In this document: positions 44,631-53,680 of the stretch, piece by piece | Numbering within the stretch: the first letter of the stretch is position 1 | Layout: each line of letters opens with the position of its first letter | DNA from: Oscillospiraceae bacterium | GTDB lineage: Bacteria > Bacillota > Clostridia > Oscillospirales > UBA929 | Assembly (NCBI GenBank): GCA_009780275.1 | Contig: WRAI01000002.1 | Coordinates: 64,231-128,230 of the forward strand | Direction: 5' to 3' | Length of the DNA: 64,000 bases | Translations under genes and position numbers: made by a program | The notes under the pieces: generated by a model | What the model saw: only the letters and a program-made list of their open reading frames with translations | What the model was told of the DNA's origin: nothing | The model's database searches: none

Positions 44631-45398
44631 ATGGAAAAACTATATCACATTGGAATCAATAATTCACATGGTGCTAAAATTGCACTACTTCCGGGCGACC
44701 CGGCGCGTGTAGAGAAAATTGCGCGGCAATTAAATCAACCCCGTTTTTACGCGCAGAACAGGGAATACACGGCTTGGCTGGGCGAATTGCCATGCGGCGA
44801 AACGTGCATGGTCATGTCAACAGGCATGGGCGGTCCGTCAACGGCAATCTGCGTTGAGGAGCTATACCGAGCCGGCGTTCGTGACTTTATACGCGTTGGA
44901 ACTTGCGGTGGCATGAATATCAATGTTGCCGGCGGCGATGTTGTTATCGCCACGGGCGCAGTTCGCATGGAGGGCACGTCCAAAGAATATGTACCGATAG
45001 AATTTCCTGCCATAGCAAATTTAGATGCCACAAATGCTCTTGTAGCTGCCGCAGAAACCGAAGGCATTACATATCACACAGGCATTGTGCAAAGCAAGGA
45101 TTCCTTTTATGGGCAACATAGCCCTGAGCGTATGCCATCCGGCGATGAGCTTATGACCAAATGGAACGCATGGATAAAAGCGGGCTGCCTGGCCAGTGAA
45201 ATGGAATGCGCAGCACTGTATATCGTTTGCCAAATATTGGGCGCCAGAAGCGGGTGTGTATTGTCGGTGGTATGGAATCAAATGCACGCTAAGCCGAGCG
45301 CGACGGATTCGGCATGTCACGACCCGGAGAAGGCGATACGTACAGCTGTTAAAGCGGCAAATATTTTGGCAATGGAAAGAAAGTCTTTATCTAAATAA
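44631..45398 (+). CDS. udp: Uridine/nucleoside phosphorylase (PNP/UDP family)
   Basis: A.LPGDP.R, TGMGGPS, RVGTCGG, EME.AAL motifs. Confidence 0.8.
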   Translation: MEKLYHIGINNSHGAKIALLPGDPARVEKIARQLNQPRFYAQNREYTAWLGELPCGETCMVMSTGMGGPSTAICVEELYRAGVRDFIRVGTCGGMNINVAGGDVVIATGAVRMEGTSKEYVPIEFPAIANLDATNALVAAAETEGITYHTGIVQSKDSFYGQHSPERMPSGDELMTKWNAWIKAGCLASEMECAALYIVCQILGARSGCVLSVVWNQMHAKPSATDSACHDPEKAIRTAVKAANILAMERKSLSK

Positions 45399-45414
45399 AT
45401 ATTCTCACCTACGA

Positions 45415-46098
45415 CTATTTTTCTCTAAACTGTGTATCCAGCACGCCCTGTAAGTCATCGACAAATCTTTGTATTCGCTCTAGTTTTTGTTTTGTAAATA
45501 TCTGACTTGTGTAGTTGATCAACAAAATCAAACTATAACTTGCAATAACAATTGTGATAAACGTAAAAGTATGTTCCATTATTCTAGATGTATCGGTTTG
45601 CTCACTAATAAATGCAGAAAAGACAACCAATGTAACAGGTATCAATAATGTTTGCATCCATCTATCCAAGCGTTGTTTTTTAGCGGCGATGATATTTTGG
45701 TTTTTTTCTACGTAAGCAGAAAGTCTATTTCGATATTCTTGAATCTCTGATCTTTCTAAAATTGATTGTCCTTTCAGCCATTCAAAAACTTGACTGCACC
45801 GCTTTCTGTAATCAAAAATATTGTTATTGCTATTGATAATCTGAACATGCTTAACATACAGGTATCCAATGACACCAAGCACCAATAAAAGAGCCAGTGG
45901 TATAAGAAGTATGAATCCCTCCTGAAAAATATATGCGAAAATAATAGAGGCGAAAGCACCAATTATTGCTAAAGTAGGCAGTGCAATGTTAAACCAAGGA
46001 AGACATAATATTTTTTTTATTGTGCTGTCTTCAATCTCTTTCTGATATTTTAAGTAGCTATAAAATAAAAGCATTTCCATAACGGTGCCCTTTCTCAA
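45415..46098 (-). CDS. AT-rich hypothetical membrane protein (4 predicted TM helices with a central coiled segment)
   Basis: Hydrophobic segments alternate with a charged central region. No family recognised. Confidence 0.5.
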   Translation of the reverse strand: MRKGTVMEMLLFYSYLKYQKEIEDSTIKKILCLPWFNIALPTLAIIGAFASIIFAYIFQEGFILLIPLALLLVLGVIGYLYVKHVQIINSNNNIFDYRKRCSQVFEWLKGQSILERSEIQEYRNRLSAYVEKNQNIIAAKKQRLDRWMQTLLIPVTLVVFSAFISEQTDTSRIMEHTFTFITIVIASYSLILLINYTSQIFTKQKLERIQRFVDDLQGVLDTQFREK

Positions 46099-46817
46099 TA
46101 CGATAGCGACATCGCACGCGTAACGATTAAACCAAGAATAAATAAGCTGACCAGCGCCTCTGCGCCTGCCATTATTTTTGCCATGTGGCTATATGGCGTC
46201 AATGCAGCAGGCGAGAACGAAGTTGCTGTTGTAATTGACACGTAAAGATAATCAATAAATCCCGGCGTCCAGTTTTCGGGTGCCAGCCTCGAATCATTTG
46301 ATGTTTGCTGCGGAAAGACAAAGTCGGGATAAATTTTATTGCGAAATACTGTCGCAAACCCCAGCGCGCGAACCTCCGGACCACCCGTATCAAGCTCCCA
46401 ATATGCTAAGGCAAAAACGCCGATATTTACGACCCACAAGGCAAAGCCTGCCAACAACAATTCGTGAGAGAGCGTGACGGTCGCCGGATTAAGCATATCG
46501 TAAATAAACCACCCCATACAAATCAAGTTTATCAATGGCAAAAGAATAACGACCGCAATTGACAGCGCACGTGCTAACCTCGAAGGCTTCCTATGACTGC
46601 CCGAATAGGCAAGTATAGAAGAAGTTAGCATCACACCTGAAATAAGTGGTAATATCCAAATAAAATCAAGATTTATCGCATACGCTATCCATGTTTGTCC
46701 CGCTATGACAATTAAAGTCATGATAAGAGCAGCAATGCGCGCGCGAAAATAAGAGCTTACTTGCAAGCCTTTTTTTCTAACGCTTTTACCCGCAGTCAAA
46801 GGTTTTTGCGACTTCAT
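46095..46817 (-). CDS. Integral membrane protein, possibly DUF1345 family
   Basis: Six hydrophobic helices. FIDYLYVSITTATSFSP resembles the DUF1345 signature (memory-based). 4-nt overlap with the downstream gene. Confidence 0.45.
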   Translation of the reverse strand: MKSQKPLTAGKSVRKKGLQVSSYFRARIAALIMTLIVIAGQTWIAYAINLDFIWILPLISGVMLTSSILAYSGSHRKPSRLARALSIAVVILLPLINLICMGWFIYDMLNPATVTLSHELLLAGFALWVVNIGVFALAYWELDTGGPEVRALGFATVFRNKIYPDFVFPQQTSNDSRLAPENWTPGFIDYLYVSITTATSFSPAALTPYSHMAKIMAGAEALVSLFILGLIVTRAMSLSY

Positions 46818-46927
46818 ATAGGAACCTCCCTACATTTACTGCGGCCATTATATCAAAAATGAATCTAAAAATCTACCATTTCAGACAATAATAATGAAAA
46901 CCAGCTTCACCAACTTACCACATTTCT

Positions 46928-46956
46928 GCATAATCTGCCAAAATTAACGAATACTA
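46928..46956 (+). promoter_or_regulatory. Candidate forespore (sigma-G/F type) promoter of spoVT
   Basis: GCATA-17 nt-AATACTA, compared with the B. subtilis sigma-G consensus GHATR-17/18-CATXHTA. Confidence 0.3.
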
Positions 46957-47012
46957 GGATGCATTGCTTCGATTAACCGGTCATTTCAACCGTGACTTAG
47001 GAGGAAATAAAC

Positions 47013-47555
47013 ATGAAAGCAACAGGCATTGTACGCCGTATCGACGACCTCGGGCGCGTTGTCATCCCTAAAGAAATTCGTCGCACTATGCGTATTCGAG
47101 AGGGCGACCCGCTTGAAATCTATACTGACAGAGATGGTGAAGTCATTTTCAAAAAGTATTCGCCACTGGGCGAGCTATCATCTTTTGCCGGACAAATTTG
47201 CGAGACACTGCACAAAACAAGCGGCTTCTCAGTCGTTGTCACTGACCGTGATACAGTCATTGCTGCCAGCGGACCGATGCGTCGCGACTTGCAAGATAAG
47301 CGCCTGAGTGAAGATGTGGAAAAAATCATGGAAGATCGCCAAACTCATCTGCATAAATCGGGAGAACAAGGAATTTCTATCGTTGACGGCAACAATCGTG
47401 CGTTAGTCGGTTTGGCGTCACCCATCCTTGCCGAGGGCGACGTATCAGGTTGCGTGGTGTTGATATCAACCGATGCCGCCACCGAGATGAGTGAAACTGA
47501 GCTGAAACTGGTGCAAACGGTATCGGGGTTCTTAGGCAAGCAGATGGAAAGTTGA
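47013..47555 (+). CDS. spoVT: Stage V sporulation protein T (AbrB-family regulator with GAF-like C-domain)
   Basis: MKATGIVRRIDDLGRVVIPKEIRRTMRIREGDPLEI is near-canonical SpoVT. 180 aa. Confidence 0.9.
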   Translation: MKATGIVRRIDDLGRVVIPKEIRRTMRIREGDPLEIYTDRDGEVIFKKYSPLGELSSFAGQICETLHKTSGFSVVVTDRDTVIAASGPMRRDLQDKRLSEDVEKIMEDRQTHLHKSGEQGISIVDGNNRALVGLASPILAEGDVSGCVVLISTDAATEMSETELKLVQTVSGFLGKQMES

Positions 47556-47561
47556 ACAAAT

Positions 47562-47593
47562 AACAGGGCGCGGCGATATGGCCGCGCCCTGTT
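47562..47593. terminator. Hairpin terminator after spoVT (between convergent genes)
   Basis: aacagggcgcggc-gatatg-gccgcgccctgtt, a 13-bp stem. Confidence 0.8.
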
Positions 47594-47639
47594 GCTATCT
47601 TTAAATAGAAAATGCTTATATTGTGACATTTCAACTAGC

Positions 47640-47918
47640 CAGTTTCGTCAATTCTTCCTCAATCCAAACGTGTTTCATATTCATAGCCTTTTTTGCGCAA
47701 TTGCTTCAAAATCAGTTCAAAAGTTTCCCTTGGTCTTTTAGACAGAAGGCAAGCGAATAACGACTGTCAAGCATGTCATCATCAAGCGCAAAGGATTTTT
47801 CCCAATACGCCTCTGCTTTTTCAAACTCGCGCAATGCATGATCTGCACGCAAAGCAATTATGCCATAACGATGCTTCGATGTCAGTGCTTCAACGCCCCC
47901 GAATTGGCCCGGAGCAAT
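47640..47918 (-). pseudogene. Frameshifted C-terminal remainder of the XRE-TPR regulator gene
   Basis: Downstream of the stop at 47882, three successive frames continue with TPR-like text: ...RYGIIALRADHALREFEKAEAYWEKSFALDDDMLDSRYSLAFCLKDQGK / ETFELILKQLRKKGYEYETRLD / HVWIEEELTKLAS*. Confidence 0.45.
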
Positions 47919-48862
47919 TCAAAGCATGCCACAAACCGCTCAGTGCCCCTAACAACATCAAACAGTGACTCGGTTTTATACATAATGTTAAGATGCTTCA
48001 TGGCGTTTTGCGTTGCTTTTTCTACACATGTTAAGGCATTTTCAATATCGCCTGCCTCACAGTATAGCTCGGCAACATCGAGGTGTCGAAATGCACGTTC
48101 AACTGAATCGCCACCATCGTCACGCATTGAGTCTGTCAAAGCTTCAATTTGCATTGCCGCCTTGTACCACTTGATTCTTTGCAGCGTGTCCAAATCGGCT
48201 TTGCGAGCATAACCTTTTATAAAATCACACAATAAAATGGTAAAGCGCACAATCTGGAGCTGTTGGTTCTGCAGCCATTCCTCGCCCTCTAATACAGAGC
48301 CGGCGTTGACATCTTGTGTGTACCACGCCTCAGACGGCAATGTAACCAAGATTTTTTCCGCTTCTTCTTTCATATCCCATTCGACATATTGATTAAAAAG
48401 TTGAAATTTAGCATCCAGGCAGATATTGGGGTCGGGACAATATTCCATAACCCGTTCGCTGACAGCTATGATTTCTTGCTTAAACGTCTCAGCATCGACG
48501 GTACACAACGCCTGTACAAGGAGGTTTTGCAAATAATAATTCACAGGGTATTCTTTTAACGCGATTCGCGCCATTTCAATAGCCTTATCTGCTTTACCGA
48601 TATTGAGCAAATTGCGAATATCCCGCTTATACTCCGAAACTTTTTGCTCACCAAGTACCACCTCGGTTCCCAATAACTCATCGACTGTAACCTTAAAGAA
48701 AATGGCGATATGCGGCAGTAGCCCTATATCTGGCATATTTGTGCCTGTTTCCCAACGGCTGACAGTCTGCGATGTCACATCGAAAATATCAGCGACTTGT
48801 TCTTGCGTTAGATCGCGGTTTTTCCGCAGCTGTTTGAATTTCTCACTAAGATAGGTTGTCAT
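47882..48862 (-). CDS. XRE-family HTH transcriptional regulator with TPR-like repeats (apparently truncated)
   Basis: KFKQLRKNRDLTQEQVADIFDVTSQTVSRWETG is an HTH_3 motif. The rest is helical repeats. Confidence 0.8.
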   Translation of the reverse strand: MTTYLSEKFKQLRKNRDLTQEQVADIFDVTSQTVSRWETGTNMPDIGLLPHIAIFFKVTVDELLGTEVVLGEQKVSEYKRDIRNLLNIGKADKAIEMARIALKEYPVNYYLQNLLVQALCTVDAETFKQEIIAVSERVMEYCPDPNICLDAKFQLFNQYVEWDMKEEAEKILVTLPSEAWYTQDVNAGSVLEGEEWLQNQQLQIVRFTILLCDFIKGYARKADLDTLQRIKWYKAAMQIEALTDSMRDDGGDSVERAFRHLDVAELYCEAGDIENALTCVEKATQNAMKHLNIMYKTESLFDVVRGTERFVACFELLRANSGALKH

Positions 48863-48893
48863 TTTTTACACCTCTCTGATTATCTATATTTTT

Positions 48894-48905
48894 AGAAGCG
48901 CTTCT
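48894..48905. promoter_or_regulatory. Perfect 12-bp palindrome in the leader of the XRE-TPR gene (candidate auto-operator)
   Basis: AGAAGCGCTTCT, about 30 nt upstream of the start codon and downstream of a TTGACT-17-TTCAAT promoter-like element. Confidence 0.3.
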
Positions 48906-49344
48906 GACAATATTGAACTATACTTTTGATCATAAGTCAACTACACATTACGTGAATATTTTGCACGCAACACGTAAGTTTGCAGATAGCTAAAGCCCCA
49001 TGTTGCATAGTATGTCTCTCCTGTTTGAATGCAAGTTCATTATAGCAGATACCGCGGCATCTGCATTGTACATACGGCGGCGATCGGTATAACGCATCAA
49101 ACATCTAAACAAAATCATTTGGCTCTTTTCCACAAGCAATTGCTACAAGTAACCTTTGAACGCTGTTTTGGCATGCTCAAACAAACGGGCAAAAATGGAA
49201 ATCAGTTCTGCTCATACCGGCAAAACCATGGAATTTGCAGAGGGTAATGCATAGGCAGTCTCGTTTTTCATTTTCGGCAACCCGACTACATCGCAGCCGG
49301 GAACAAACGTCCGGCTTGTATGAAAGGTTGTGTCTTTACTCACC

Positions 49345-49902
49345 CTATTTTTGCCGCAAAATGTCGCAAAATCGGCGAAATTTCTTACGACTTACCATCA
49401 TAATACCCAACAAAAGCATGACCATGCCTGTTATTGCTGCGTTTATTACGGGGGGTGCCTCATTGGTCCAATGCGAGTATATGGAGCAGTATGCGGCGAG
49501 GATTATGCCGGCGGCAGTGATGGGCAAGCCGATGAAATGGTCACGAAAATCGTTCAAATTATACCGCGCCAAGCGATATGCGCCGGCCACAACATACAAC
49601 AGGCAGACGGCGGCTATCCATGTAAAGTATTGGTGCGGCATCCGATACATGACCAGGCAAACGGGTGCGACGCCAAAAGTAATGATGTCAGCGAAAGAGT
49701 CGAGCTGTTTGCCCATGTCGGTTACGGCGTTGAGCTTACGGGCGAGGTATCCGTCAAAGAAATCAGCCACGCCGCCCATAACAATCAACACCGGCGCAAT
49801 AAGCTGTTTGTGCGGATGCTCAGGCTGCAACAATAGCAAAATGACCGTTAGCCCCGCCGACAGGTTGAGCAGTGTAAAGATGTTTGGGATATGTTTTTTC
49901 AT
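49345..49902 (-). CDS. pssA: CDP-diacylglycerol--serine O-phosphatidyltransferase
   Basis: CDP-alcohol phosphatidyltransferase motif D(F)FDG.(L)AR...........G..LDS.AD. Confidence 0.85.
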   Translation of the reverse strand: MKKHIPNIFTLLNLSAGLTVILLLLQPEHPHKQLIAPVLIVMGGVADFFDGYLARKLNAVTDMGKQLDSFADIITFGVAPVCLVMYRMPHQYFTWIAAVCLLYVVAGAYRLARYNLNDFRDHFIGLPITAAGIILAAYCSIYSHWTNEAPPVINAAITGMVMLLLGIMMVSRKKFRRFCDILRQK

Positions 49903-50939
49903 CGTTGTCTCCTCATGTGCTGCGCTGCTTTACCAACGGCAATAACAGCCAGTCCCATCAACATGACAAACCAAAAAGTGACGAAACGGAACAGTATTGT
50001 TGTCACAGCAGCATCGCCCGCTGCAAGCCCAAACACCGCCAACAAGGCGGTCATGGTCCCCTCAAAGCCGCCAAGTCCACCGGGGAATATCGGCAGCATG
50101 GCGACCATATAGGCGACAAAAGCGATGGCGGCGATATAGACAATTGAAATGTCAGGCGCGAACTGCACTACCAGTAAATATAATTTCAGTGGATACAGCA
50201 GCCAGATGAGCAGCGACAGGCCAAAGAGTGCTGTTAGCTGCATTCTATGCTTGCCGACAGCTTCGACTTGCGTCAACAAGGTCAACACAAAACCTCGTAA
50301 TTTACGCGCCCATGCAAAGCGCAGAGCGTTTCGTTTCTGTATATAGCTTTGCGCGGCTTGCGGAGCGAGCAAAATGCCGAGAAACAGCAGCAGCAACGCC
50401 AATGAAACGCCATAGAACAACATTTGTGTTGCCCACGCTTGCAACACTGGCACTTGGCGCGTCAGCGTTCCGATGGCAAACAGCAATGCGAAAAAGAAAG
50501 CGGTCAGACTGAACAACTTTTGCAATACAACAAGAGTTGCCGCCTGCGTGCCGTCACAGTTTGCAACACGCTTGATTTGCACGCCACGCGTGACCTCGCC
50601 GCCGAATTTCACGCCGGGGGTGATGGCGTCGACGACGGCACCTTGGCTGTTTATCTTGAACATTTTCCCGAACGAGATAGGCGTATTCGTCAGTTTGGCA
50701 ATACTATGCCACAGCGTGTTGACAAGCAGTTGTGATATAATTTGCAGACCAAGCAACAACGCCATCAACCATAGTGGGATGTGCCGGAGACTATGCAATA
50801 AACTTTGGCTGTCGAACCGCCATAGAGTGAGCGCAAGTAAAGCAATGACCATAGCGGCAATGAACCATTTCCATGCGACACGCCGAGAGCAGCAGCCTGC
50901 GAGCCGGCATGTCTTATGCAGCATATGTTGGCTTGACAT
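49899..50939 (-). CDS. UPF0104 / lysylphosphatidylglycerol-synthase-TM-region-like membrane protein
   Basis: Eight hydrophobic helices. PGG.GG.E near the C-terminus is typical of this family. 4-nt overlap with pssA. Confidence 0.6.
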   Translation of the reverse strand: MSSQHMLHKTCRLAGCCSRRVAWKWFIAAMVIALLALTLWRFDSQSLLHSLRHIPLWLMALLLGLQIISQLLVNTLWHSIAKLTNTPISFGKMFKINSQGAVVDAITPGVKFGGEVTRGVQIKRVANCDGTQAATLVVLQKLFSLTAFFFALLFAIGTLTRQVPVLQAWATQMLFYGVSLALLLLFLGILLAPQAAQSYIQKRNALRFAWARKLRGFVLTLLTQVEAVGKHRMQLTALFGLSLLIWLLYPLKLYLLVVQFAPDISIVYIAAIAFVAYMVAMLPIFPGGLGGFEGTMTALLAVFGLAAGDAAVTTILFRFVTFWFVMLMGLAVIAVGKAAQHMRRQR

Positions 50940-51486
50940 AGAGCAATGTACTGCCGATGTTTCGCGCTTTTTTATGCATTGTCAGCGGGCAGCGACGCAG
51001 TAGCGCACTTGGCAATTTATCATACAGTTTGCGTAATTTTCGTTTGGGTTGGCGTATCAATAATTTCGTGCCGGGGTCAACGCGGTTTTCGATATTTGAA
51101 AAAACACCTTCCATAGGGCAGACTTGCAAGGCAAAATGAACCACCGTATAATCGGCAAAGGCCAGTGCTTGGTTGCTGCCGTCTTGACAGAGTACTCGCA
51201 CGGCATCACTAATCCCCAACCGCTCGATAACACGCTTGGCCTTGGGCACGCAGCAGCTGTCGTTATCGATGACCGTCACTTTGGCACCTGTTGTCTGATG
51301 GAACAGAATAGCGGTAAAAGGGCAAATACCGCCGCCGACACAGAGGATATGGTCATGGCCACCAATATTGGCAAGAACAATTTCTTTTTCAACAACATCG
51401 CGGTAGTAGCCCGATGCAAATTTATAGATGAACGCCGTTTCAGACGCCCAGCTTTCGATTTTTTGTGTCAGTTTTGTGATGTGCAT
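50914..51486 (-). CDS. Rossmann-fold, SAM-methyltransferase-like protein (family uncertain)
   Basis: ILCVGGGICPFTA glycine-rich loop followed by VTVIDND acidic residues. Confidence 0.4.
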   Translation of the reverse strand: MHITKLTQKIESWASETAFIYKFASGYYRDVVEKEIVLANIGGHDHILCVGGGICPFTAILFHQTTGAKVTVIDNDSCCVPKAKRVIERLGISDAVRVLCQDGSNQALAFADYTVVHFALQVCPMEGVFSNIENRVDPGTKLLIRQPKRKLRKLYDKLPSALLRRCPLTMHKKARNIGSTLLYVKPTYAA

Positions 51487-51503
51487 GATTGGCTCCTTTC
51501 AAA

Positions 51504-53264
51504 CTATACAAAAATTCCGGCGATATGGTTGATAAGGCCGCCGACAAAGAGCGCCAGTGCGATTGTAGCAACCGAAATGAGCAGAGCGACTCTGAGTTTG
51601 AATTCCTTGGTCAGGATGGCGAATACCGAGATGCATGGCAAATACATCAGCGACACCGCGCCACCGACAAAGGCTTGCAATGCTGTTAAGTCGAGCGCCA
51701 TCAGCGGCGCGACTGACATTTCGCGGCGCACAACACCCAAAATCAAGGCCGTCACGGCTTCGGCAGGCAAACCCAACCAGCCACTTACGAGGGGTTGGGC
51801 GTGTACAGCGATGGCATTCAGTATGCCCGATTCGCTCAATACAGCGGCGATGACGATGGCTATCATCATAGGCACTTCGGCATCTTTGAGGAAGTGCCGC
51901 ATACGCGTCCAAAGCTTGCGTCCATAAGCCTTGGGGTTGGGCATGAGCAGATTTGGCACTTCAATGATGAGCGGATCGACTTTGCCTTTGACCAACTTGC
52001 CCGCCACCAAGGTGACGACGACAAACAACAGCAGTGAAAACAACAGCATGGCCGGCAGCATCCACCACGCGTAGGCCGATAACAGACTGATGATGGCGCC
52101 TGTTTGTGAAATACACGGGATGGCGAAGCAAATGGCGGCACTGATAACAATGCGCTCTTTGCGTGAGGTGGCGGCGCGGCTGCCGATAATAGCGGGCACG
52201 GCACAGCCGTAGCCCATGAACATATGGATTAAACTACCGCCCTGAATGCCGAGCTTACGCATGACGTTGTCAAACAACACTGCCATGCGAGGCAGGAATC
52301 CTGTGTCTTCCAAAAATGTGAACGATACGAAAAACAGCAGGACGTAAGGAAAAATCAGCGCTACAATCCACTCGAAACTGATGACAAAAACACCAAATTC
52401 GCCGACCAGGATGTTGAGCAGCATGCCTTCGGGCAAGATGGAGGTAAAGAGGTCACGAAAAAAAGGCACGATTATGCCGTTTACCAGCGGCAGCAACGCA
52501 AAGGCGCGCAGCATTCGTCCACCAAAGACGACAATGCTGATGACCAACGCCATGACCAACAAAGCAATAGGGATGCCGGGCATAGGCTTCATCATACTCT
52601 CACCAAGTTTGTCTAAAAAGCTTGGTTTGGCGTCGTTTTTCACGGTGACGCGGCGCGCGATTTCCTTGGCGACGAGCGGAATATCACCTTGTTTGACTTT
52701 GCGGCTTGAAGGGCAGGACACACATTTTCCACAAGAGCTGTGCGAGCAGTTTTTGGACGCATTAAGTACAGCTTCGAGTTGCTGCAACAGCTCTTCCAGT
52801 CCTTTGGTTTTGACGGCCACTGTTTCGATGACCGGCGCGCCGAGTTCTTGCGCCAGAAGCTTAGCGTTGACAGCGATACCATGGCGCTTGGCAACGTCGG
52901 TCAGGTTGAGCGCATAGATCGTCGGGATATTATATTGTTTCAGCTCCAGCGCAAGGCATAGATTTCGTTCCAGATTAGACGCATCGAGTACGCAGATAAT
53001 GGCTTTTGCACCGCTCTCCATAAATTGCACGGCAACGCTTTCGGCCTCCGACGTGGCATTCATCGAGTATGTGCCGGGCACGTCGATGAGTGTGTACTCT
53101 TTTTCGCCAACGGAAAAACGACCTTCCATGAACTGCACGGTCGTACCGGCGTAGTTGGAACTGATGGCGTGAATGCCTGTCAATTCGGTGAAGAAGATGC
53201 TTTTGCCGACATTGGGGTTGCCCATCAGCAGGACCGTATCTTTAATCATCTTGCTGTCACTCAC
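51504..53264 (-). CDS. feoB: Ferrous iron transporter FeoB
   Basis: GNPNVGKS G1 motif, DVPGTYS, NLTD, and a large polytopic C-terminal domain. GTGA overlap with feoA. Confidence 0.92.
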   Translation of the reverse strand: MSDSKMIKDTVLLMGNPNVGKSIFFTELTGIHAISSNYAGTTVQFMEGRFSVGEKEYTLIDVPGTYSMNATSEAESVAVQFMESGAKAIICVLDASNLERNLCLALELKQYNIPTIYALNLTDVAKRHGIAVNAKLLAQELGAPVIETVAVKTKGLEELLQQLEAVLNASKNCSHSSCGKCVSCPSSRKVKQGDIPLVAKEIARRVTVKNDAKPSFLDKLGESMMKPMPGIPIALLVMALVISIVVFGGRMLRAFALLPLVNGIIVPFFRDLFTSILPEGMLLNILVGEFGVFVISFEWIVALIFPYVLLFFVSFTFLEDTGFLPRMAVLFDNVMRKLGIQGGSLIHMFMGYGCAVPAIIGSRAATSRKERIVISAAICFAIPCISQTGAIISLLSAYAWWMLPAMLLFSLLLFVVVTLVAGKLVKGKVDPLIIEVPNLLMPNPKAYGRKLWTRMRHFLKDAEVPMMIAIVIAAVLSESGILNAIAVHAQPLVSGWLGLPAEAVTALILGVVRREMSVAPLMALDLTALQAFVGGAVSLMYLPCISVFAILTKEFKLRVALLISVATIALALFVGGLINHIAGIFV

Positions 53265-53503
53265 GATGCCATCGCTCGGCTAACGGCGATTTGCTGGGCA
53301 ATGTCTTTACCCAAAGCAATTGAGTACGTGTCTTCAACACGCAACAGCACCGGGCCACCTAAGGCGTAGCGATTTTGCACTGTTACTTTGGTGCCAATGC
53401 GCAAGCCCATGCCTTCCAGCAACCCGATTTGGGGCACGGAAGTCACTTGAAAGGTACCGCGCTTTGTTGCTTCGTATAAGTTGATATATTGTTCGTGTGC
53501 CAT
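53261..53503 (-). CDS. feoA: FeoA-family protein
   Basis: SH3-like pattern L..G.F.V......GLLEGMGLRIGTKV.V...........LRVED..IALGKD.A..I.V. Confidence 0.85.
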   Translation of the reverse strand: MAHEQYINLYEATKRGTFQVTSVPQIGLLEGMGLRIGTKVTVQNRYALGGPVLLRVEDTYSIALGKDIAQQIAVSRAMAS

Positions 53504-53534
53504 AAGCCCATCTCTTTCCAATCGTAAAAACTTT

Positions 53535-53589
53535 GGTTAGTTTTGTCTAACCGCATTTGTATGTTAGCATAGACTAACTCATTTGTCAA
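53535..53589 (-). promoter_or_regulatory. feoAB promoter (TTGACA-17-TAACAT) with two GTTAG-N6-CTAAC inverted repeats
   Basis: IR at 53563-53578 lies in the -35/-10 spacer. IR at 53535-53552 (GGTTAG-N6-CTAACC) lies just downstream of the -10. Confidence 0.4.
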
Positions 53590-53680
53590 GGGGTTGGGGT
53601 AATAATTTGCAAAAAATACTAGCTTGGCACATGACACCATGTCGATCATGTGTTATAATGATGGTGAGGAGGTGTTTCTA

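Noticed and set aside
48990-49271. 94-codon frame on the minus strand in the 480-bp gap between pssA and the XRE gene. It reads as protein-like text but has two in-frame stops (MKNETAYALPSANSMVLPV*AELISIFARLFEHAKTAFKGYL*QLLVEKSQ...). Considered as a possible gene relic.
   Set aside because: No family resemblance that I can name. It could simply be non-coding promoter or leader DNA. It would need a tblastx search.
51124-51927. Many long ORFs antisense to, or out of frame with, strong genes. Examples: 2053-2676, 4040-4573, 10094-10651, 24596-25141, 25169-25687, 29798-30499, 34637-35272, 37319-37951, 49235-49945, 51124-51927, 52381-52917, 55583-56242, 60988-61851.
   Set aside because: They overlap genes with clear family signatures on the other strand or frame. 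They have low-complexity Arg/Pro/Ala/Cys-rich translations typical of GC-rich shadow frames, and they lack RBSs.
53535-53578. Assigning the feoAB operator to Fur or to DtxR/IdeR
   Set aside because: There is no match to the Fur consensus. The half-sites resemble IdeR arms, but the 6-nt spacing differs from the IdeR/DtxR box. The regulator identity is left open.
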